Made by a program: the position numbers and the translations under genes. A DNA stretch of 64,000 bases from an uncultured Actinomycetes bacterium (GTDB lineage: Bacteria > Actinomycetota > Thermoleophilia > Gaiellales > JAICJC01). Shown here piece by piece: positions 1 through 8,178 of this stretch. Where the stretch lies: contig CAVXEE010000007.1 in NCBI GenBank assembly GCA_963760755.1, forward strand, positions 434,459 to 498,458, written 5' to 3'. How positions within the stretch are numbered: the first letter of the stretch is position 1; the number at the start of each line of letters is the position of its first letter. The notes beneath the pieces were generated by a model. It was not told the origin of the DNA. It worked only from the letters and a program-made list of their open reading frames with translations, and searched no databases.

Positions 1-487
1 GCCGGAAGAACGTGTTCTCCTCCTCGACCCGCTCGACCGGGGTCTTGTGGATGGGACACACATTTCCTGGCTGCTCGAGCTCGGACTCGGCGTAGAACTG
101 CTCGCACCCGGTGCAGTAGAGGCCCGAGTAGGTGTCCTCGTACAGGTGGCCCGCGTCGCGCAGCCGCACCATGAAGTCCTGGACGCGCCGCTCGTGCTCG
201 GGGTCGGTGGTGCGGATGAAGAAGTCGTTCGACGCCTCGAGCCGCTCGACCAGGTCACGGAAGCGCGCGGACACCCGGTCGCAGAACTCCTGCGGCTCAA
301 GGCCCGCCGCGGCGGCGGCCTGGGCCACCTTCGCGCCGTGCTCGTCGGTGCCCGTCAGGAAGAAGACCTCCTCGCCGCGCTGGCGGTGGTGGCGGGCCAG
401 GGCATCGGCCGCAACGGTCGTGTACGCGTGACCCAGATGCGGGTCCGAGTTCACGTAATAAATGGGAGTTGTAAGGGAAAACGGCAT
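1..487 (-). CDS. metG: methionyl-tRNA synthetase, N-terminal part (gene runs off the window start)
   Basis: Reverse translation from ATG at 487 gives MPFSLTTPIYYVNSDPHLGHAYTTVAADALARHHRQRGEEVFFLTGTDEHG. This is a class I aaRS HIGH-type signature (HLGH) and a typical MetRS N-terminus. It is absent from the ORF track because the window edge truncates it. Confidence 0.9.
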   Translation of the reverse strand, partial: MPFSLTTPIYYVNSDPHLGHAYTTVAADALARHHRQRGEEVFFLTGTDEHGAKVAQAAAAAGLEPQEFCDRVSARFRDLVERLEASNDFFIRTTDPEHERRVQDFMVRLRDAGHLYEDTYSGLYCTGCEQFYAESELEQPGNVCPIHKTPVERVEEENTFFR

Positions 488-571
488 ATCGCGTCCGCGG
501 TCTGGCAAATTGGCAGGAAGGCATCTATGCTCAGACGTGGGCTCCATCCTAACGAGATGGCGAGGGTCACT

Positions 572-880
572 ATGAGCGTTATCAGGCATGGCGCGGGTGT
601 GCGCGGTCGCGCGGCATCCACGCGGGCAGGGGGCGTGGTGCGCAGGGTGGACGAGCTGGGCCGGATCGTGATCCCGGTCGAGATCCGGCGCAGGTTCGGG
701 ATCGACGTGCGCGATCCGCTCGAGATCAGCGTGCGCGGCGAGACGATCGTGCTCTCGAAGCCGCATGACGCGTGCGTCTTCTGCGGGCGCACCGGCGGCC
801 TCGACGAGTTCCACGGCCGTCAGGTGTGCACGACCTGCCGGGTCGAGCTCGCGGGCAACGACGTCGTCAGGGCTTCGTAG
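572..880 (+). CDS. AbrB/SpoVT (swapped-hairpin) family transcriptional regulator
   Basis: 3' part of ORF 47..880 contains VRRVDELGRIVIPVEIRRRFGI, which matches the AbrB N-terminal DNA-binding domain. The C-terminal CVFCG...CTTC looks like a zinc ribbon. ATG 572 has a GAGGG Shine-Dalgarno 5 nt upstream. Alternative starts are 527, 557, 635 and 638. Confidence 0.8.
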   Translation: MSVIRHGAGVRGRAASTRAGGVVRRVDELGRIVIPVEIRRRFGIDVRDPLEISVRGETIVLSKPHDACVFCGRTGGLDEFHGRQVCTTCRVELAGNDVVRAS

Positions 881-1712
881 CGGCCTGATAGAGCTGGTTT
901 CGCGGCACCCCGGTGAGGCGCGACGCAAGCGCTGCGGCTCGCCGGGAGCCGAACGCCGCCACGAGCTCGGCCAGCGCGTCGGCGGGGACGTCGGCGGCGC
1001 CGGGGGGCGGCGCCGGCACGGCGGCGAGCACGAGCGTCACCTCGCCCTTCGGCGCCGTCGCGAACGTCTCGGCGAGGTCGGCGAGGCGGCCGCGCTCGAC
1101 CTGCTCGTGCAGCTTGGAGAGCTCGCGGCACACGACCGCCTCGCGGTCGGGCTCGGCCGCGGCCAGGGCGGCGAGCGTCGCCGCCAGCCGCTGCGGCGAC
1201 TCGAAGGCGACGACCGGCAGAGCGCCGGCGTCGAGGCGGCGCACCTCGGCCGCGGCCTTGGCCGCCGGGCGGGGCAGGAAGCCGGCGAACACGAAGCCGC
1301 CGCCGCCGAGGCCTGACACCGCCACCGCGGCGGTGACGGCCGAGGGCCCGGGCAGCACGGTCACCGGCAGCCCGGCCGCGGCCACCGCCGCCACGATGCG
1401 CGCGCCCGGATCGGAGACGCCCGGCATGCCCGCGTCGGTCGCAAGCGCCACCCGCTCGCCGGCGCGGATGCGCTCGACGAGCTCCGGGGCGCGGGCCGCC
1501 TCGTTGTGCTCGTGCACCGCGAGCAGGGGCACCGAGATGCCGTTGCGCTCGAGCAGGATGCGGGTGCGGCGGGTGTCCTCGCAGGCGACGACGTCAGCGG
1601 CCCGGAGCTCGTCGAGCAGCCGCAGCGTGACGTCGGCAAGGTTGCCGATCGGCGTCGGGCAGACGACCAAGGCGCCGGGTCGGCGGGAGGATTCGGGCAC
1701 TGCGTCTACCAT
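867..1712 (-). CDS. rsmI: 16S rRNA (cytidine1402-2'-O)-methyltransferase
   Basis: Last 281 codons of ORF 867..2798 read MVDAVPESS..LVVCPTPIGNLADVTLR..ACEDTRRT..TDAGMPGVSDPG, the tetrapyrrole-methylase-fold RsmI signature. ATG at 1712. Confidence 0.9.
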   Translation of the reverse strand: MVDAVPESSRRPGALVVCPTPIGNLADVTLRLLDELRAADVVACEDTRRTRILLERNGISVPLLAVHEHNEAARAPELVERIRAGERVALATDAGMPGVSDPGARIVAAVAAAGLPVTVLPGPSAVTAAVAVSGLGGGGFVFAGFLPRPAAKAAAEVRRLDAGALPVVAFESPQRLAATLAALAAAEPDREAVVCRELSKLHEQVERGRLADLAETFATAPKGEVTLVLAAVPAPPPGAADVPADALAELVAAFGSRRAAALASRLTGVPRNQLYQAATKP

Positions 1713-1721
1713 TAAAGCGTC

Positions 1722-2948
1722 GTGGCCGACACGAAGCCGACCAAGGCATACCGCACCTACCGCGGCGGCAGAGCCGGGCGCGACGACCCCGACGCCGCCC
1801 GCTTCGACTTCGGCGGCGGCGGCACGGGAACGGCCGCTCCGCCCCGCCCGCGCACGCCCGCAGGCCTGCCTCCACCGGACATGCGCCCCGGCGAGGTGCT
1901 GCCGGGCCGGCCGGTGGCGGTGCCAGGCGCCCCCGGGAAGCGGCCGCCCGGAACGCCCCCGGGGCGCGGGATCCGGCGCTGGCCCTGGAAGCGCATCATC
2001 GGCATCGGCATCCCGGTCGTCTTCCTGCTCTTCTGCGGGTGGCTCTACCTCGGCTACCGCAGCTTCTCGAACGAGATCGCGAACGCCAACAAGCGCCTCG
2101 ACAAGCGCACGCTCGCGGCGCTCGCCCCGGCCGGGAACATCCTCACGAGCTCGCAGATCAGCCTCATCATGGGCTCCGACAGCCGCGGCTCGAACGCGAT
2201 CTCCGGCGCGCGCTCCGACTCCATCCTGCTCGTGCGCACCGATCCGTCCAAGCACCTGATCTCGATGCTCTCGATCCCGCGCGACCTGAACGTGCCCATC
2301 CCGGGGCACGGGACGAACAAGATCAACGCCTCGTTCGCCTTCGGCGGGCCGCCGCTTCTGATCCACACCGTGAACAGGCTCACCGGCCTGCGCGTGAACC
2401 ACATGGTGCTCGTGGACTTCAACGGCTTCAGGGACCTGATCGACTCGCTCGGCGGGGTCACGGTCTACAACCCGTACAAGGTGGTGTCCTCGGTGCCGTT
2501 CGACGGCCTGATCTGGCACTTCGCCAAGGGCAACATCCACCTCGACGGCCGCCACGCGCTGGCCTACGCCCGCATCCGCCACACCACCAACCCGCGCGAT
2601 TCGGACATCACCCGCGAGGAGCGCCAGCAGCGGGTCGTCCAGGCGCTGATGCACAAGCTCGTCACCCCCTCGTCGCTCTTCAACCTGCCCGCCCTCGGGC
2701 GCGACATCGCCAAGCCGCTCGCGACCGACCTGTCGGCGCAGGAGATCCTGGGGATGGGCTGGCTCAAGTTCCGCGCGTCGCGCACGCTGCAGTGCCACCT
2801 GGGCGGCACGCCCGAGTCGATCGGCGGCCAGGACGTGCTGCAGCCGAGCGAGCAGAACGTGGCCGTGATCCAGATGTTCCTGGGCAACCAGGCGCCCCAG
2901 CCGCCGCCGGCGTCACAGCTCTACGCCCCGGGCTGCACGATCCACTGA
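1722..2948 (+). CDS. LytR-CpsA-Psr (LCP) family cell-wall glycopolymer phosphotransferase
   Basis: 408-aa ORF with a Pro/Gly-rich cytoplasmic N-terminus, one TM helix (IIGIGIPVVFLLFCGWLYLGY), then SDSILLVRTDP..MLSIPRDL..INASFAFGGP..VDFNGFRDLIDSLGGV, a typical LCP domain. Confidence 0.85.
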   Translation: MADTKPTKAYRTYRGGRAGRDDPDAARFDFGGGGTGTAAPPRPRTPAGLPPPDMRPGEVLPGRPVAVPGAPGKRPPGTPPGRGIRRWPWKRIIGIGIPVVFLLFCGWLYLGYRSFSNEIANANKRLDKRTLAALAPAGNILTSSQISLIMGSDSRGSNAISGARSDSILLVRTDPSKHLISMLSIPRDLNVPIPGHGTNKINASFAFGGPPLLIHTVNRLTGLRVNHMVLVDFNGFRDLIDSLGGVTVYNPYKVVSSVPFDGLIWHFAKGNIHLDGRHALAYARIRHTTNPRDSDITREERQQRVVQALMHKLVTPSSLFNLPALGRDIAKPLATDLSAQEILGMGWLKFRASRTLQCHLGGTPESIGGQDVLQPSEQNVAVIQMFLGNQAPQPPPASQLYAPGCTIH

Positions 2949-2990
2949 CAGAGCCGTTGCGCGCGGCCTCAGACGGCGTACATTCCAATT

Positions 2991-3623
2991 GTGCGGATGC
3001 GAACGTGGCTTGCGGGACTGGCCCTCACGGCCGCCGCGTCCGCGTGCGCCGGCTCGGGATCGGCGTCGCATCCGACGCTCACCGCCGCCCAGGCCCTGCA
3101 CGAGGCCCGCGCCGACGGGTTCACGGGGGTCGTCCGCACCGGCGGAGAGTCATGGCACTGCGACGCCCACACAAGCGAGGTCGGGCCGGCGCAGACCACC
3201 GGCCGCTACTCGAAGTACAAGCGCATGAACTACGGCGTGGAGTTCGGCGACCGCCGTGTGCCGCCGGCAAAGGACAACACCGGGCGCATCGCCATGTTCG
3301 TGGTCGCGCTCCCCGACGCCCGCCTGGCCGCCCGCTGCGCCGCGGCCGGCATCTACGCCGACGAGCATCAGCCGATCGACACCACGGCGGCCGCGCAGGG
3401 CAAACACACGAAGACGTACCGGTACAAGCTGATCGCGGGCACGACGGTCGAGAGTCACATGCACAAGTCGGGCTTGCCGGGGTCGGACTTCCCGTCGGAC
3501 GGCCAGTATGAGACCTTCATCGCCCACGGCCGCGTGCTCGCGCTGGGACTGGCGTACACCGAGCACACCTCCGCGATCGTCCAGGGTGACCTGAACCGCT
3601 TGGCCGCAGAGATCGCCGGCTAG
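2991..3623 (+). CDS. hypothetical secreted protein or lipoprotein
   Basis: 210-aa ORF with an N-terminal signal-like MRMRTWLAGLALTAAASACAGSG (Cys after the h-region). No domain recognised. Confidence 0.5.
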   Translation: MRMRTWLAGLALTAAASACAGSGSASHPTLTAAQALHEARADGFTGVVRTGGESWHCDAHTSEVGPAQTTGRYSKYKRMNYGVEFGDRRVPPAKDNTGRIAMFVVALPDARLAARCAAAGIYADEHQPIDTTAAAQGKHTKTYRYKLIAGTTVESHMHKSGLPGSDFPSDGQYETFIAHGRVLALGLAYTEHTSAIVQGDLNRLAAEIAG

Positions 3624-3636
3624 CCGACCGCGCCCC

Positions 3637-3665
3637 TTGCGCTTGTATCTCATTCGTGCTATATA
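3637..3665 (+). promoter_or_regulatory. candidate sigma70-type promoter for a leaderless transcript
   Basis: TTGCGC (3637-3642), a 17-nt spacer, then TATATA (3660-3665). The predicted start is about 7 nt downstream and coincides with GTG 3672. The -10 lies inside the 12-bp perfect palindrome TGCTATATAGCA (3657-3668), in a locally AT-rich patch. Confidence 0.4.
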
Positions 3666-3671
3666 GCATGC

Positions 3672-4157
3672 GTGAGATTGACACGGACGCGCGCTGCCCG
3701 CGCCACCCTGATTGCGGCCGTCCCCGCGTCGGCGATCGCCGCCCTCACGCTCCCGTCGGTGCATGTGCTCCGAAACGCCGACAACTCAACCACGCTGCTC
3801 GAGCTCGCAACCGTCCTTGCCTTCACGGCAGTCGCCGCGGCGGCCGGCCCGAGCGCGCTCGGAGGGACGACTCGCATCGGCGCCCTCGCGGTCGCGTTCG
3901 GTGCGGCGGCGACGCTTTGGGTCGGGGGCTTCGTGTGGCTGGTCGTGGCGTTCCTGCACCTGTGCAGCGCATCGACGGCGCCCGGCGTCGCCGCGCTCGG
4001 CAGCGCGGTCGCGGTCTACGCGCCCGGCTCGGCGCTCGCGTTCCGCGACCCCCGGCGCACGGCCTGGGAGTGGCCGCTCGTGATCGTGCTCGCCCTCGCG
4101 GTCTCGCTCGGCGTGCTCGCCCTCGCCACGGGCGGACCGCACTGGTGCGAGACCTGA
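3672..4157 (+). CDS. hypothetical integral membrane protein
   Basis: 161-aa ORF with about 4 hydrophobic helices (e.g. LAFTAVAAAAGPSALGG, GGFVWLVVAFLHL, WPLVIVLALAVSLGVLALA). No recognised motif. Confidence 0.45.
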   Translation: MRLTRTRAARATLIAAVPASAIAALTLPSVHVLRNADNSTTLLELATVLAFTAVAAAAGPSALGGTTRIGALAVAFGAAATLWVGGFVWLVVAFLHLCSASTAPGVAALGSAVAVYAPGSALAFRDPRRTAWEWPLVIVLALAVSLGVLALATGGPHWCET

Positions 4158-4164
4158 GCCCGGC

Positions 4165-4497
4165 TCAGCCCTCGGCGGCCTTCTTGGCCGTGCCGCCCTT
4201 GCCCGAGTCGCCAGACGACTTCGCCTCGGCGGGCTTGGAATCCGACGTCTTCGAGTCGCCGTCCTTGGACTTGCTGTCGCCCGACGACGCCTCGGCCCGG
4301 CCGTCGGCGGCCACCTTCTTGCCGCGGCCGTAGTCGGTCGAGTAGAAGCCGGAGCCCTTGAAGTGGATCGCGACGGGGTGCAGCACACGGACGGCCGCGG
4401 CGCCGCACACCTCGCAGGCCTCGATCGGGTCGTCGGCCATCCTCTGCATCACCTCGAACCGGTGCCCGTTGGTACAGCGGTACTCGTAGATCGGCAT
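4165..4497 (-). CDS. FmdB-family putative regulatory zinc-ribbon protein
   Basis: MPIYEYRCTNGHRFEVMQRMADDPIEACEVCGAAAVRVL is the CxxC..CxxC FmdB/zinc-ribbon N-terminus. It is followed by a Ser/Lys/Asp-rich tail. ATG at 4497 lies inside ORF 4165..4569. Confidence 0.8.
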   Translation of the reverse strand: MPIYEYRCTNGHRFEVMQRMADDPIEACEVCGAAAVRVLHPVAIHFKGSGFYSTDYGRGKKVAADGRAEASSGDSKSKDGDSKTSDSKPAEAKSSGDSGKGGTAKKAAEG

Positions 4498-4586
4498 GCA
4501 AACCGAGTATACCGCGCGCCTCGGGGGTGAAACTGGCCGGCCCTGGCACACTGGGGGCGAGAGTGCCAATACGGCCCTTCGGTAGC

Positions 4587-5798
4587 ATGGACGACTTGCG
4601 CATCGCCATCGTGACCGACTTCTACTACCCGTCGCTCGGCGGCATCACGGAGCACGTCGACGGACAGGCGCGCGAGCTCGCAAACCGCGGCCACGAGGTC
4701 ACGGTGATCACCGGGCACCTCGTGCGCACGCCGCCCGTGTCGGATGACGCCCTGGCGGTGCCCGAGCCGAACTTCGAGATCGTGCGGATGGGCATCGCCA
4801 TCCCGCTGTTCGTGCCGTACTGGGGCAACAACGCCCAGACCCTGCACACCTACGGCCCCCGCCTGGGCAAGCAGCTGCACGCGCTCTACCGCGAGCGCGG
4901 CTTCGACGTCGTGCACGTACACGCGCCGTACAACCCGCCGTTCCCGGCGTGGGCGATCGACCAGTGCCCCGACGACGCGATCTGCGTCGCGACCTTCCAC
5001 AGCGTGTTCCCGCAGACCACCGGCATGGACATCCTGGCCGAGTGGACGCGCCCGTGGATCGAGCGCCTGGACGGCCGCATCTGCGTCAGCGAGGCCTGCA
5101 TCGGCTCGCTCGCCCCGTACTACCCGTACGCCTACGACGTGATCCCGAACGGCATCGACGCGAACCACTTCTCCCCCGACGCCGAGCCGGTCGCCAAGAT
5201 CATGGGCGACCACCAGAACATCGTCTTCTGCGGCCGCTTCGACCCGCGCAACGGCCTCGACACCGTGATCGAGGCGTACCGGCTCCTGCACCGCGAGCGC
5301 GGCGATGCGGTGCGGCTCGTCGTGATCGGCGACGGCCCGCTGCGCAAGCTCTACCGCCGCCAGGTCGGTGAAGAGCTCGCGCCCTTCGTCCACTGGGCCG
5401 GGCGCCTCAACCGCAGCCGGCCCAACTACCTCACGTCGGGCTCGGTGTTCTGCACGCCGTGCAACCGGGCGTCGTTCGGGATGGTGCTGCTCGAGGCGAT
5501 GAGCTGCGGCCGCCCGGTGGTCGCCAGCCGCATCAGCGGCTTCCAGCTGCTGATGGAGGACGGCCGCCAGGGGTTCCTCGTCCACCCCGGCGACTCGGCC
5601 GAGCTGCACGCCGAGGCGCTCGCCCAGCTCCTGGACGATCCCGCCCTGCGCGCGCGGATGGGCGCCGAGGGGCGGCGCACCGCGCTCGAGAACTACGCCT
5701 GGCCGCGCGTCGCGGCCAAGCTCGAGACCTACTACGCCGACCTCCTGGCCGGCGAGCAACCGGTATGGGCAAGCGCGAAGTCATCACTCGCTTCGTAA
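4587..5798 (+). CDS. GT4-family (GT-B) glycosyltransferase, PimA-like architecture
   Basis: MDDLRIAIVTDFYYPSLGGITEHV..ELANRGHEVTVITG, then the C-terminal ASFGMVLLEAMSCGRPVVAS (EX7E-type region). Its 3' end overlaps the next gene by 34 nt. Confidence 0.85.
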   Translation: MDDLRIAIVTDFYYPSLGGITEHVDGQARELANRGHEVTVITGHLVRTPPVSDDALAVPEPNFEIVRMGIAIPLFVPYWGNNAQTLHTYGPRLGKQLHALYRERGFDVVHVHAPYNPPFPAWAIDQCPDDAICVATFHSVFPQTTGMDILAEWTRPWIERLDGRICVSEACIGSLAPYYPYAYDVIPNGIDANHFSPDAEPVAKIMGDHQNIVFCGRFDPRNGLDTVIEAYRLLHRERGDAVRLVVIGDGPLRKLYRRQVGEELAPFVHWAGRLNRSRPNYLTSGSVFCTPCNRASFGMVLLEAMSCGRPVVASRISGFQLLMEDGRQGFLVHPGDSAELHAEALAQLLDDPALRARMGAEGRRTALENYAWPRVAAKLETYYADLLAGEQPVWASAKSSLAS

Positions 5799-7615
5799 TC
5801 CTCGGAGCGGCGTGGGTCGCCGCCGCCGCGGTGATCGGACAGGCCGTCGGGGGGATTGCAGGCGAGGTCGTGGAGGGCGCCGCCGTGCTGCTCCTGCTCT
5901 TCGTGGCGTGGTCGGCGTTCACGCCGAATGGGCGCCTGTTCGGGCGCGTGATCGGCACGGGCTTCTCCCCCAGCCCGAAGGTGGCGATCACGTTCGACGA
6001 CGGCCCCAGCCCCGAGCACACGCCGGCGGTGCTCGACGCGCTGCGCTCGGCCGGGGCGCGGTCGACCTTCTTCGTGCTCGGCCGCCATGTCCGCGCCCAC
6101 CCCGAGCTGGCGCGCCGGATCGTGGCCGAGGGGCACGAGCTCGCGAGCCACGGCGACGACCACTCGCTGCTGACGTTCGCGGGCCCGGCGGCGATCGCCC
6201 ACCAGTTCCGGGCCGCCGACGAGGCCGTGACCGCGGCAGTCGGCACGTCGGTGGCACACCTCTTCCGCACGCCGCACGGGTACCGCGGGCCGTTCGTCGC
6301 CCCGGTCGCCCGCCGGCTCGGCTACCGCCTCGTCGGCTGGACAGGCGCGATCTTCGACACCGCCCGCCCCGGCGTCGACGTCATCGTCGACCGCTGCGCC
6401 GGGGTGCTCGCGCCCGGCGCGATCGTGCTGCTCCACGACGGCGACGGCTCCGGCCGGGGCGGCGATCGCACCCAGACCGTCGAGGCCCTGCCGCGCGTGC
6501 TCGAGACGGCCCGCGAGCGCGGCCTCGTGCCCGTCACCGTGTCGGAGCTCGCCGAGGACCTGCAGCCGAACCGGCACCGGATCCCCAAGGCGGCGGCGTT
6601 CGGGGCGATCACCGTCGCGATCGTGTTCGCGCTCTCGCGCAAGTTCGACCTGCAGGTCGTGGCCGACGTGTTCACCAAGGCGAACCCGCTCTACGTGCTC
6701 GCCGCGCTCGTCGCCAACCTGGTCTCGGTGGCCGCGAAGGCGCTCACGTGGAAGGCGGCCTTCGATGCGATCCCGGCCGACGACGGCGAGGAGCCGGTCG
6801 ACGTCGGCCTGCGCGACGTCGTGCCGGCGATCTTCATCGGGTTCCTGCTGAACACCGTGCTGTTCGCCCGGCTCGGCGAGGTCGCGCGCGTGTCGGTGGT
6901 GCGGCGCAAGCTGGCCGCGCGCGGCCAGCACGTGCCCGTCCCGACCGTGGTGGGGACGCTCGTCACCGAGCAGCTGCTCTCCGGCGTCACGCTCATCGCG
7001 GTGCTGATCGCCGTCGTGATCTACGTGCCCGTGCCCCGGGCCGCCGTCAACCTGCTCGCGGTGCTCTCCGGCGTCGTGATCTTCATCGCGCTCGTCGCCG
7101 TCTCGATCGAGGTGTACGGGCGCCTGCGCCGCCGCCAGCGGCCGCCCGACGACTACGTCGAGCGCTGGTGGCACCTGCTCGGCATCAGCTTCACCTCGAC
7201 GGTCGCGGCGCTGCGCCGCGGCCAGGCGATCTTCCAGCGGCCGCGGCTGCTGGCGTTCGGGATCACCACCGCGACGGCATCATGGATCGCGCAGATGGCC
7301 GGCATCTATCTGACGCTCGGTGCGTACGGCATCCACCAGGGCCTGGGCGAGACCGCGGTCGTGTTCCTGGCCTCGAACCTGGTGCAGCTGTTCCCGATCA
7401 CGCCGGGCAACCTGGGCGTGTTCCAGGGGGCGACGGCGACCAGTCTGACGCTCCTTTACAGTGTCCCCGCCAACCTGGCGCTGACGTTCTCGATCGGCCT
7501 GCAGCTGATCGAGGCGCTGCTGGGCGTCGGCGTTGGCTTCGTATTCCTGTCGATGGAAGGACTGTCGGTGGCAGAGCTGCAGACGCAGGCCGAGTCGGGG
7601 GCGCACGCCGAGTGA
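5765..7615 (+). CDS. fusion protein: NodB/CE4 polysaccharide deacetylase domain plus C-terminal MprF-type flippase-like (LPG_synthase_TM/UPF0104) domain
   Basis: From MGKREV there are 2 TM helices, then the CE4 motifs ITFDDGP, SHGDDH, FRTPHGY and LLHDG. About 8 TM helices follow, ending in ..LFPITPGNLGVFQGA.., which is typical of the flippase-like family. Confidence 0.8.
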   Translation: MGKREVITRFVILGAAWVAAAAVIGQAVGGIAGEVVEGAAVLLLLFVAWSAFTPNGRLFGRVIGTGFSPSPKVAITFDDGPSPEHTPAVLDALRSAGARSTFFVLGRHVRAHPELARRIVAEGHELASHGDDHSLLTFAGPAAIAHQFRAADEAVTAAVGTSVAHLFRTPHGYRGPFVAPVARRLGYRLVGWTGAIFDTARPGVDVIVDRCAGVLAPGAIVLLHDGDGSGRGGDRTQTVEALPRVLETARERGLVPVTVSELAEDLQPNRHRIPKAAAFGAITVAIVFALSRKFDLQVVADVFTKANPLYVLAALVANLVSVAAKALTWKAAFDAIPADDGEEPVDVGLRDVVPAIFIGFLLNTVLFARLGEVARVSVVRRKLAARGQHVPVPTVVGTLVTEQLLSGVTLIAVLIAVVIYVPVPRAAVNLLAVLSGVVIFIALVAVSIEVYGRLRRRQRPPDDYVERWWHLLGISFTSTVAALRRGQAIFQRPRLLAFGITTATASWIAQMAGIYLTLGAYGIHQGLGETAVVFLASNLVQLFPITPGNLGVFQGATATSLTLLYSVPANLALTFSIGLQLIEALLGVGVGFVFLSMEGLSVAELQTQAESGAHAE

Positions 7616-8178
7616 GGCGACTCGCGCTGCTCGTCGCCGCGGCGGCCTGCCTGACGGCCTCCGCCTGCGGCGGGAGCGGCGGCGGCAGCTCGAGCAGCGC
7701 CCCGAAGGGGCCGCCGCTGGCAACGACGCTGCCCACGTCCGGGACCGTGCGGTACAAGGGCGACGGCCGCATCTACACGGTCGCGCCGCTGCACAAGCCC
7801 CTGCGGCTCGACGACATCGTCGTCCAGGTGCGCAGCGTCGTCTGGCGCTCGTCGGCCGGCGTCGGGTTCAAGCCCCCGGGGACGACCACCTACGGCGTCG
7901 TCACGCTCACGGTCACGAACCTGACCAAGTCGCGGCAGACGGTCGCGCCGACCCAGATCTGGCTGCGCGACGCAAGCGGGGCGCCGTTCCTCGCCGCCGC
8001 GACGACCACGGTGCCCGGGAACCTGCTGCGCAGGCCGATCCCGCCGGGACGGTCGGTGACCGGGACGCTCGTCTACCCGACGCCGCGGCGTGAGACCGGC
8101 TACCTGCTGGTGTACCGCTTCGGCGACGCCGCGGCCATCGCCAAGGCCGAGCACGTCGGCCTGGTGCGCTACTCCTAG
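7612..8178 (+). CDS. lipoprotein, DUF4352-like Ig-fold
   Basis: GTG 7612 overlaps the upstream stop (GTGA). The lipobox-like stretch is LLVAAAACLTASACGG. YGVVTLTVTNLTKSRQTV...GRSVTGTLVY resembles DUF4352. Only the last 188 codons of ORF 5812..8178 look coding. Confidence 0.6.
   Translation: MRRLALLVAAAACLTASACGGSGGGSSSSAPKGPPLATTLPTSGTVRYKGDGRIYTVAPLHKPLRLDDIVVQVRSVVWRSSAGVGFKPPGTTTYGVVTLTVTNLTKSRQTVAPTQIWLRDASGAPFLAAATTTVPGNLLRRPIPPGRSVTGTLVYPTPRRETGYLLVYRFGDAAAIAKAEHVGLVRYS

Noticed and set aside
867-2798. 643-aa minus-strand ORF extending rsmI upstream
   Set aside because: RsmI similarity begins at MVDAVPESS (ATG 1712). The extension is antisense to the well-supported LCP gene and is compositionally junk.
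5812-8178. 788-aa plus-strand ORF
   Set aside because: Only the last 188 codons, from GTG 7612 (lipoprotein signal plus DUF4352-like domain), look coding. The upstream part is off-frame junk that overlaps the CE4-flippase gene.
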